Translations under genes and position numbers: made by a program | Shown: piece after piece, positions 11,040-22,228 of the stretch | How the letters are laid out: the number at the start of each line of letters is the position of its first letter | Position numbering within the stretch: the first letter of the stretch is position 1 | The notes under the pieces: model-generated | Seen by the model: only the letters and a program-made list of their open reading frames with translations | Database searches by the model: none | What the model was told of the DNA's origin: nothing | Assembly: GCA_965235115.1 (NCBI GenBank) | Contig: OZ249437.1 | Location: 48,856,001-48,920,000, forward strand | From: Laetmonice hystrix | Taxonomy: Eukaryota | Direction of reading: 5' to 3' | Length of the DNA: 64,000 bases

Positions 11040-14000
11040 TCAGTTCTCTTTGGTAGCAACAATGGCAATGTTTCTTGGAGACAAAGCTTCATTAAACACA
11101 GGAAGAAGTGTAGCATTAGTGGCAGCTTCCCTCAGAAATAAAACCCGGTCCACGAGGATAAGACCCTCCAAAACGGGCTGCAAGCATACCTGCAGAGCCT
11201 GAAATGAAAAACAAGTGAGAACCATGCATTACGAATGGGGGGTACGAGACAATGCACAAAATCCAAAAATTCTAGCAATTTTAGATCTAATTTTTCTAAT
11301 CCACTTGCAGATTCCATTAAGTGTACATGTTTGTAATTTCATTTAAGAAAATTAACAGACTACATATCTTTGAGACTTCAGCATGAATACTTACAGTGAA
11401 AGGTTCAATGAAGGGAAAGATGTGCATGTTATCTTGGTATAATTGCTGTAGTTTGCCCCTGGCCTGAGGACATTCTTCTAGAATATTTGTCCTGTTCAAT
11501 ACTGCAGTCGTATAGCTTTCAAAGTTATCCATGTCTTTCTTTCTCACCAGCCGACGTTTCTCTTTGTTGAGAACAATCTTCTCTGTGAGAAAGAAACAGT
11601 GTAGTAAGTAAATTCCCTCTCACTTATTCAGCAGATGCAATCATTCTTTCATGGCACAGTGCCTACTTACTTGTCTAAACTTAAAGGTGCTATTCGTCTC
11701 GCACAGAATGGAATTTCTCCTATCATACATTGTGCACATAGTACTAGAAAAAATTCCTACCGATACCATTGGCCTGATAAACCTTCTATTAGTTTGTGTG
11801 CAGCATTTGAAACCTATCTCGGTGCGCACTGAGATAGAGCCATTTCCTATGGTGGGGCGTGTCAGGGTCTCCACAGGCCTTCTGAGAGAGCCCCATTTGT
11901 GCCGTTATCCATGAAAAATTTTGATTTCCTTTGTTGTGAATCTTTTTCCATGATAGGTGGGATCACATAAACGTCAACAAAATAAAAAAAGTATAGGGAC
12001 ATCAAAGGTAGTTTTATTGTAGCTTGAGAAGATCTGCAGATGCCAGATGAACTTACCTTTTTCACAAAAAAGTTCCAATATAGCCCTGAAACCAACGTGG
12101 CGCATGTGGTGCATGTGTTCTGCTTCAGTCTGTTTTACCCACCTCGCTCTAACATGAAACAAGCGTAATAAAATCTAAATACCATGATATCTAAACATCA
12201 TAGGTATACTGTTCAAGTTGTAACCTTTCCTTAAAACAAATAAGAATGGGTGACGGTTTTTCGTCTTCGGGAAGATCCCCGAGCCATTCCTGTTCCATAT
12301 TTTCTATTGCAAGCACAACCCAGACTTAATTTCCTTCAAACTTTCACCCATGAATAAGTTCAGGGCATTGATTTTTTCCCCACCAGGCAATAATGTTAAA
12401 ATGTATGTCTGGGATTTCTTCAATATATACGACTTGCCTTGTTTCTTGAGCCGCAAGACGAAAGGCATATATACTTGGATACCAGTCAGAATTTTTGTGT
12501 AGAGCCTCTTTTACTGCTTTGGAAAGGGGAAAGTGTTTCCAGTTGGCATCATCTGAAAAGTGGAATTGAAAACCGAAATTGCCATTTAGTTCCAGCCACA
12601 CTGCAGTTCCATTTGAAACACATCTGTGAATGTCTTTTCCATATAGGTTCAGATAGAATCTTGTAATCCCACGATCATATCTGCATGTACCAGTGCAATG
12701 TATAAATTTCAATCGCCCATGGCTCAATGAGGTGAAAAGGTGGCTTACAACCCTGATATTCTCGGGTCAAATATCTCAGTTCAAATCTAATGTAGAGGAG
12801 CAAGCTCGATTTAATGCATAAATGTATAACGGATAATACCAGTACATGTCCAAACATATTGAAAGGAGAGCTGAATGCATTGAAAAATTTTGAAGTTGTC
12901 CATGCAAATTTAGTAACCATAATTCCGCAGAGATACTAGACTGCATAAACAAGTATTCGTGACAGAAAATACTGGTAAATTTTGAACTGTGGTTGTCCGA
13001 TTTCATTAAATTACATTTCTTACCTGCTTGCTGGATGCCATGGTAGCAGCAGCTTACACACACAAGGGCGTGGACCTCTGGCGTGTCCAAGAACAGCTTT
13101 AACATCATTGGGGTCAGTGATCCACAGCAGTGCAACCCCACCATGCATACAGCTCCAGATGTATTGCAAAAAGCACAACTAGACTCTATCATATTTGGAT
13201 TCTGGCAATCAGCAGTGCATTCAGAGACCAGTGTGTTATCCCCCACAGCCACTGTGGCTGCAAAATGACCCAGAAACCTGTCTCCAACATTTGGTCTACT
13301 CAATACTGTTGCCGTTGCCAGTTCTCTGGCACCAGAAGTGAGATCTGCAGTTGCACTACCACAGCTGATATCTGTCATCATGGACGCAGAGCCTTGTGAT
13401 TGAGGATATCTTGCCAGCTGGGTATGTGTTTTATTATTACAGCTTGAACAAATCATGTCATTGTCACAATTCTCTATGTGTTTACAGTTCATGGTGTTAG
13501 AGGGGCAACTGCTGTGAAGGTGTGGTTCCAAACCACTGCTGGCTTTGTGTACTGGTAGCATCTTTTCCTTCAGCAAAGACTGAAGCTGTTGGAAACTTTT
13601 TCTTGTGTCCTGAAGTTGGAATGTTAGAGCCTCAAGGGTGCCTGGAAGTCCTGCAGTGTCAACAAACAAATAAACAATGTTCTGAGTAAGGTTGATGGGA
13701 GAAATCTGCCAGGAGGCATGTGACATTTAACAATCTTGACAGCAGCGAGGTTGATAACAAAATCATGCATAGTCTTTCTGCCACATTTTCATCAAATTTT
13801 ATGCTTTTTCACATAGCTTGATTTAAAATATTTCTTTTTTTTTTCAAATTTCATTCACTTCTATGATTCAGTATAGAAAGGACCTTCCAGTTGTGGAATC
13901 AAAAGCAAGTTTACCATGTTTAATATAATTATAAATAATTAAATAGTAATATAATTTATCTGTTTATATTATTGTAAACCTAACAATTATCCTGTGATTC

Positions 14001-15109
14001 TTACTTTGTTGGAGACCTCTCTCCTCTGTTCCATGGGAAAGCATCTCCTTGCATTCAAGAGCCAGTACATGAAGGCCTGAAATTCTGGCTAGTGTTGCAC
14101 TGAGGTAACCCTGTCGAAAAAATACATCATACCTCCATAGTAAATGCACTTCACATCATGTTTTTTTTAAACTATTGACTTGCTTCATCATCTAAAAAAA
14201 AACTATAACATTAAAACTGATAAGCAATCAGTAGTGAGGAGTGAGGACTATAATCCTACTCAGAAGTCACTAAGTTCTTTGAATACAAAATAAGGAGGGG
14301 AAAATTTGTTTTACTTACAAGACCTGCCCCTACATCCAGAACAAGAGAACAAGAGCATGTTTCGCAGATGTCCTTCACAAGGCCTGACATTTGTGACACC
14401 TCATGACATTTCTTTGGCACCATACCCATTTTCATAGTGTTGTCGAGTGATACCGATTTGAAGGAAGTTGATACATCACGTGTAGGAGACAACCTCCGAG
14501 CACTGGTAAGAAACTCTTGCAGTGAAGATGGCCAGCTTTCCTGTATAAATCAATTCAATCCTATTTCTTCTCATAATTAGTAAACATTTCATAGTTTAAA
14601 CTAAGCTAGCTTCTTATATATTTCACGATATTCTCTCTCAACATTTAATTAACTTATTTCAATAATGTTCAGTTTAAAAATGCATGAATATGATTAATTT
14701 TTATACACTATTTACAGTAATGCTAACTAGTGAATCCCATAGGCTTACCCGAGGCTTATCAAAAGGCAGCATATTTAGTTCCTCATTTGTTAGGCTGGTC
14801 AGGACATCTACCCACTGAAATAAATATAAAATTTAATTCTAAAAAATAGAAAATAATTATACCGGTACCCGGTAGCTAATATCATGCACAATTTTATGGT
14901 ACGGTACTTTTACTGTAATAGTATGAAGTATATTTATAAAATACCTGGTGTGGGATTTTCTTCCAAGCACATTCTGTGGCAAATCGAGTCAACTGAAAAT
15001 CGTATATCCATGAAAACTTGTCTAACAAGCGAATGACATCACTCAAGTAGTCTTCTGTTTTTTCAATATCTCCATCGTGATAGAAAATTGGTAGTGTGAA
15101 TCCTTTCAT
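11040..15109 (-). CDS. METTL25/RRNAD1(METTL25B)-family SAM-dependent methyltransferase, about 579 aa, 9 exons
   Basis: Exons (minus strand): 15109-14945, 14814-14749, 14540-14319, 14110-14005, 13650-13024, 12552-12438, 12148-12057, 11582-11395, 11198-11040. They total 1740 nt with consistent phases. Motifs: KKCHEV, motif I VLDVGAGLGYLS, GLHCCGSLT, CVSCCYH, and C-terminal LEGLILVDRVLFL...PVFNEALSPRNIAIVATK. The paralog (METTL25 vs METTL25B) is not resolved, so no symbol is given. Confidence 0.88.
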
Positions 15110-15149
15110 CTTTAGTTTAGACTTCAACTTCAAGTCTTCACAGACTGCG

Positions 15150-15700
15150 GTTCATGTCCTTAAATAGTTGTACCTCTGTTGACTTAGGCGAAGTGGTTGG
15201 TTGGTTGTCGTGTCGCAGCTTCGCCTTACGTCGGGAGTTACAGTTTGGCTGGGCTCCGTTTTAATACTGCATGATGATGCACTCTATTCCCGTATCTGAT
15301 CTACGTTGAAGGATGTGCATGATGATGATCATGATGGTACTCTATGGGCGATAATAGGCAATATTGGTTTTATACAGGCATGATTTTATTATTCATCTTA
15401 AGAATCAATGCTCAATGACTAGTGTGACCACCCCCCGTCGTTTGTCTGTGAGAAATAAAGCTAAAGACACCAATGCCACTTTTAAACACACTTTTGACAA
15501 CTCGCCCATCGCTTCAACCTCCACGCTCCAGCCCGCTCCACCATGTTGTGACGCCCTAACCGCCGCACAGCGGCGCTTTTGACTGCTTTTGTTAAGACTT
15601 AAGTCACACGGTGGCGCCACTGTTGAATAATTCGGTGACTCTTCTCCTGCCCTGGTAAGGGGCGGACCATTCAACATGGGGGGGGGGGGGGGGGGATGAT
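15150..15700 (-). promoter_or_regulatory. CpG-enriched TATA-less promoter region of the METTL25-like gene
   Basis: CpG density rises just upstream of the ATG. GC box (GGGCGG) near 15660. No TATA seen. The TSS position is inferred. Confidence 0.5.
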
Positions 15701-18630
15701 GATTTAGTTTGAACAGAATTTTTCACACAATCTCAGAGCCGGAATTTTTTTTTAGACATTTCAATGCACCTCTATTCAATGACAGGGGCAGCCAAATTAT
15801 TTTTTCCGGAATTGGCCCTGCAAACATCAGATAAAAAGAACACATTACGACGACAGGAAATTTGGTTTATTCAGAAGAATCGTTCTTTTTATGACATATT
15901 GACACGTGTTGATAGAGTAAGCCTACAGAAGGAAAGATGGAAGTATCACTGTAGCATTTAGTAATGAATGGTTACCATAATGGATTACGGCTATTTCACT
16001 AGTACAATGCAGAAAGATTTAAGAGCCAATGCATTCACCTGTCACACAATATTATTACCCCATTTATGTTAATAGCTCACCAGAAGATTTAAGATCAAAG
16101 TCACTGTCCTATCATTGTAACTTTCTTGAGAATGATACTAGGAATAAAAGAATGAGGTACGACATACGGTACATGGTAGAGTTGTTCTGACATAAGCACA
16201 AGAATAGCAATTGTGGTTCTTTGTACCTTAACATGTAGGCACAAATGGATCTTCATGTTAACTGGCCATGACAATAACAGTACACGCGGTTTGGAGGCAT
16301 GCCCAAGAGTAACTATTCTCCTCTAGGCATAATCCTGAGTGAACCAGTAGTCTCTATATTATGGTTTAATTCATAATCGCCTAGTTTATGCAGTAAAGAT
16401 CTCGATCTCTCTTTAGACTCAACACATACTATGCCAGCTTCACATTCTCCTGACAATAATATTATTCTGGTGAAGGACCCGCCAATGCACGACACAGAAC
16501 GTAAAGCTTCTCCTTGCCAAGTCCCAGAGGGGCAAATAGTACAACTGGCCAGTAGTCACCTGGCTAATATCGTACATGGTGATACAGAGAAGCGTTTCTA
16601 AACTAGAGCTTACACTTAGTTATAAGTCAGGATCAACGACATATAATTACCACACCCACTGTACATTACACTTTACAGCCAGCAGCCTGCCTGTCTGCAG
16701 TCCGACAACATCCATATAGGCAGACAGGTGATTATTTTGTTTAACTCAATAAAATTTTCCTCTCATCAAATTTACTCCCGAATAGCTAGATATTCATTGA
16801 AAATGTTTATGTAAGGTTTTAATCTCTAGTGATTCACATGACATCTGACATGACATGCAACACATATAAACATCGCGCAAGGACAGTACCAGGAGAGTAC
16901 AAAGCCTACGCACACTCGTACAACCCCTGATGACATCACGACAATGTACACAGTAACACTTCCTGGAATACAGATACCAACTGATGTATCTTCGGATTAA
17001 AAAAAACGTCAGAACTATTTACAAACAAAAGTGAGGATAGTGCTTAAACTGTGACTAGACTTAAAAAGCGCCTAAACTATGGGCAATGCTGAAATAGCCA
17101 ACGCTCATATATAACCAGAGTAAGGCTGCTGGAAGAATGCTGAAGTGAACTACTTTCACGGGTACTCATATTTTGCACTTCAAGTTTATCATGCAACATT
17201 CTGCTTGACGAAAGCACATGGCCCCAGACCACAAAAACAGGAAATGAAGATGTAAACTCCTCTTTAAAAAAAGTCTTACTGGCAGAAACTTCTACTACTA
17301 CTATTTATAAGTCTTGACAACAGTGATTGCAGCAGAAATTTAAAGCATAAATATAATGGTCTACTGATCTTTTATTGAAAAATCTCATACGGCACAAAAG
17401 CTGAGAACTCCTGTTAGGGTTCCTCAAGGATTGCCGCCAAAGAGCTCTTGCATTATCATTTCCTACAGCTCACCTTCTGTGCATAAACTATTCTAAAAGC
17501 GTACTGACTATCATGCATGCTTTAGGTTTGATCAATTTCTCAAACAGTAACGTTCCCGCATTGACGTTTTGGGTTGTTTCCTTCATTTTCTTTTTTTTCC
17601 TAATATTAGGTACTAATGTCAGTCACTTTGGCATTTCTATCTCAACATAGGACAAGGCCTACACTTAGAAGCTAATACTACAAGACAATACAACACTGGC
17701 AGCTATGTACAAAGAAAAAGTCTATTTACAAGATGTTTTGCATCAACTTTTCTTCTTTAGCAAACATCGAAATCGACCTGGGAAGAAATCACAAGATGTT
17801 GCACATCAGAGTCAGTGAATCTTAGTGTATTTGGAAGGTCAAAACATGTGCTACAAGTTATTCTGTTCTACACATCTAAATTTTCATTGGTACAGTTCGC
17901 CATGACATTACACGTTAACGTATGCATTCAATTACCTGACGCAAGGCGTGCTACATTATTTCTACAGTAACATAATCTTAGCTTTTGACGATGAACTAAA
18001 ATCATTAGCAGTTTCTGCTCCAGTACGTCACTACGTTACTATATTGGTCATGGATCGATTGATTGATGATAGATTCAAAGTATACATGATGTCTGTCATC
18101 CCTCTTGTCCAAGAGATGAGCCTTCCTGGGCGTACAGTGATGTTTAGATGTATTGGTTGGTGTGACATGAGCATTGTGCTCATACAAATATCGACATCTT
18201 GGTATTTAGTCATCCAGAGCCCTTGTCTAGGGCCCTATGAAATTGTCTTGCCCTCCTTATTCTGCGTGTAATGGTCTCGTTGCTGCCAATCTCGTTCCCT
18301 GGAGACAGAGGACCTCAGAAATGTCCTCTCACGGTGGGCTTTTGCTTAATAATAAGCTATAATGATCTCCCCTGCCCAACAGTCGTTAAGTGGTAGTACT
18401 TCTTCCTCTTCAGACCATCCTTCATGACGCGTAGATCATACTGCTAAAACAATTAGCTTGCGCTACGAAAATAAAAACGTGTTCTCAGTACTTTTTTTCT
18501 TCATACAAAATAGACTGGTTGGGCCAATATCCAACTTGGAGGGCTTTGCACACACACGACAGCAACGCACACATACAGAATGAGTGATACATAGAATTGT
18601 ATAATCAGTCCACAGGTTTAGTTTGGACCT

Positions 18631-21600
18631 TTACTCCTCATCACTGTCCTCTTCATCCTCTGACTCTTCCTCACTCTCCTCTGCCTTTCCATTCTGTGTT
18701 GGTGTTTCTTCAGCTTTCTGGACATAGTCAGGGAGCCTCCGCCGGGACGGTGGGAGATCAACACACTTCAGGGCCCCTCGTGGGGGCAACTCCCCACCTG
18801 TTCGGACTATCCGAACTGCAAAGTTGAGAGAACACATCTATCTGTAATCATCCATTTACAACTTTTCGAAAATCTATAGCCTTTTCTCACACTCACTTCT
18901 TGCGGGTATCAACATTTTATATTTAATGAAGCAGCATGGAATCTATTATTACAAGTTTAGGGGAATCCCAAGGTCGCAAATCTTTCTGCCAATTTTATCC
19001 ACAGTTATTTGTTTAAACATGCACTTTTTCTGCTACTCATTCATTCAAATCTAACTTGGCATGGAGGTTCTTACCATTAAAGTAACCACAAATTAAAACT
19101 GAAGATATACCTCAAGGTCGAACCTCATCAGTTACACCTTTTTAGGAGTCATGAACCCATTTAAAAGAGACGCTCCAGGCCTAAAGCAGCTGTAAAATTT
19201 GACACTTACTTGCGTCATTATTGCGTTGGATGTATTCTTGCAGTCTGACACGGGCATCTGGTACAGTCAGGAAGATTCCAATTTTCAGCAGTTTGTAGTT
19301 GTCTCCCACAAGGTCAGCAATACGTTGTTCACACTGTACCCCAAGCACTTGGGGCCGCTGGTAATTAAAAGAAAAAAAAAAGACATTATTTTGATTTTTC
19401 CCAGTGTTTGTGCATGGTGATTCTATGGCAATAATAAAGGTTAATATGAAGTGAACTTCACTCTTAACCTACCTGGTTCGCCACTCTCAGCTCTTCCAGG
19501 GTCTGTGGTACATTGGCTGCTCCGAGGACAGCCTTGATCCCTTCCCCACTGATGTAATTTGATTCCAAATTCAAACACTTCAATGTCTTATTTTCTTTAA
19601 GACCTTCTGCAATTGCCTGAAAAAATGAATGCCATAAATCGTGAATATCAAAATTTTGACTGCTGGAAATTATCCTTACAGAAATTACCAGTAGTGAATG
19701 CAGTAATCAGCAATCACTTCCAGGTAGTATACTACCCAAAACCAAAATTGACAACACATTAAATAAAATAGACCATATCTTTGCTCTTTGATTTATTACC
19801 CAGGCCCAGGGTTATCCAGAAGAGACAATTCAAATGCGATTGAAAGAAAAAGCTTTACCCAGTCATAGTATTTTGTTATTTCTAGAGAAAAACCTGACTA
19901 TACATTACCTTTGCGACCTTGTCTGTTGCACGGACATTTGCCATCTGCAGTTGCTCGAGATTTGTGTTTTCTTTCAGTGCCTTTCCAAATTCACAAAGCT
20001 GTGATAGCGAAATAGCCTGAAAAAAAGGGTTATTGTTTAAAAACCACTGGACAAAATAATCTAGATAGTTAGATATTTACTGTTCAGAACCCATCACCCT
20101 GTGCCTATGCAGAGAATTTGACAACGGGAACTTCCACGTTGAGGGTTTTTTAACTCCCTAAGAGTATGTCCCACAGCATATCGTTTCATTCTGGCCACCA
20201 GTACTACCTCTGTCTACTTGTGTGATTGTTGCCTGGATTTTGACATATATATTTGGGTTTTATTTTTCCTTTAAGCCTAAACTGGTTTTCTAAGTGGTAG
20301 AGAACTTAGAAAATCACAACCCTTGATAAAGTTCTTACCTTGATGTTATTCAAGTTTACCTCCTTCAATTTTGGATCGTTATCTTTGATCCTCTTTAGGC
20401 TGTCATCAACATTTGTTGTGTTTGGGGGTTCTTCTGGTACAAGCTTGAAGTTCTGGTGTTTTGCAACTCCTGATGAGTAATTACATAAATGACACTGATC
20501 AGCCCCACACATTTGTAACAGATTAACTGTTTCATCAAATACTTGAAATGAGCTTTTATGACACAGTGTCATTAAACCACTCTTTCTGCTTATCTGACAG
20601 ACAGAGAGAACAATTAATGGTAAACTGTTGTTTACTGTATCTGACTGAAAATGTAACGTTTCTAAGACAAAGAATAAGACATGACCCAGTAACCTTGTGG
20701 AATATGGGGTTAGGAGACTTAGGATGACTGTACCATGCTTGACTAAGATTATGCTTACCTTGGAAGCCAACCTTTTCTTTCTTTGGTTTTTTCTCTCCAT
20801 CTTCATCCTCATCCTCTGATTCTGATTCATCTTTGCCTTCAACAAAGGCTTGGTGATACTGCACCTGGTTCAGCATCCCATGGAAGCCAAGGATAGCTGG
20901 GAAGCAAAATAAAAGGTAAAACATATGCACAATCCTTCTGAATTCTGGATATCTGCCACTTGCTTTCTACACCTAATCATGGTCATGAACTCTTTGTTAA
21001 AGAATGTTCATATACTGGTTGCTACTGTGACAACCAACATTTTCATAAAACGTCTTCTTAATTCTTTAGAACGTTAATCAATATTCTGCCTATCTACATA
21101 TACATATAAAAATATCGTTACTATTATTTTAGTGTACAGTCCTGGTTTAATATTATGTTCTTGTGCACTAAAATAGATGAAAAAACAAGCTTTACCGGCA
21201 AGATCTACAAGTTCTTCCTCAGTGGCGCTGGCAAGGACCTCATCCCACTCTGTTGCTACTGCCTCATCTTCATGGATTTGGATCTTCTCTTCTTCCTTTG
21301 GCTTCCACACTTTTCCTGCCATTTTAACACTTCTTTCTAATAATCTGCCTTTACTATATACACCCTCTACTTTTTAATATTAATCTGAAATATATGTACA
21401 TTTTAATCTGCCCTATGATTTAGTTACAGAGTACTGGCAGATGACTTAACTACAACTCCTAGCTATATAAGAATTATTGTTTTATATAATAAAACATATA
21501 TATCCTACAGAATTTTTCTTACCTCTGGTTTCTTTGGCATATGGTTTATTTTCTTCCCAGTCCTTTTCTTCTCTTGCCTTTTTTGCTAAGAAATCAATGA

Positions 21601-22228
21601 GAGCCTTTCTGTTGAATGGACCTGTGGGACGTTTGTCTGTTCTGTACCGACACCGCTCAGAGGGAGGAATGTGGGAATCCTTTAGTGAAAGAAGTCAGGC
21701 AATTAGTTCCTTGGTGTCATTAAGTATAATACAGTCAATATTTTCAATATGAGAAAAGTTCATTGCATTTAATACCAATTAGGTAAAATGTTTCATTAGG
21801 CTGAGATTTCAAACCTAACTACAAAACCTGCCAAAATGGCAGCTGACAATTTATCTTTCTGACAATAAATACAATGTGGTCGGAAAGGGTAATCCTGTTC
21901 ATATTGAATTGCTAATAAATACAGTACTCTACCATGGATTTACTGACTGAAAGAAATGGACAAAATGTGAATTAAACCTTCTCAGCCTCTTCCTTTAGAA
22001 AAAAGAAATTGATCAAATGCTATCTCAAAATTTCTTCTATATTCTTACTATCACCACAACCTTATTTAAAACATTTATCAATATACATATATAGTAGCTT
22101 ACATCAGGGTCAATGAGTTCCTGGCCAAGTTCCTCGATTTGTTCAGGTGTGAGTTTGTTGAGCAGGTCATCTATGTCGATGTCCTCATATTCCTTCAGGT
22201 CCTTCCCAAACAATTTGTACTGTGCCAT
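18631..22228 (-). CDS. TMOD: Tropomodulin (actin pointed-end capping protein), about 418 aa, 9 coding exons
   Basis: Exons (minus): 22228-22103, 21679-21523, 21315-21196, 20896-20759, 20469-20339, 20016-19909, 19616-19473, 19357-19210, 18815-18631. They total 1257 nt with consistent phases. Motifs: EYEDIDIDDLLNKLTPEQIEEL, TDKRPTGPFNRKALIDFL, EEELVDLAAILGFH, PPNTTNVDDSLKRIKDNDPKLKEVNLNNIK, LNLESNYISGEG, LEELRVANQ (TMBS/ABS1 + LRR). Exon sizes 157/120/131/108/144 match vertebrate TMOD1 as I recall them. Confidence 0.95.
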
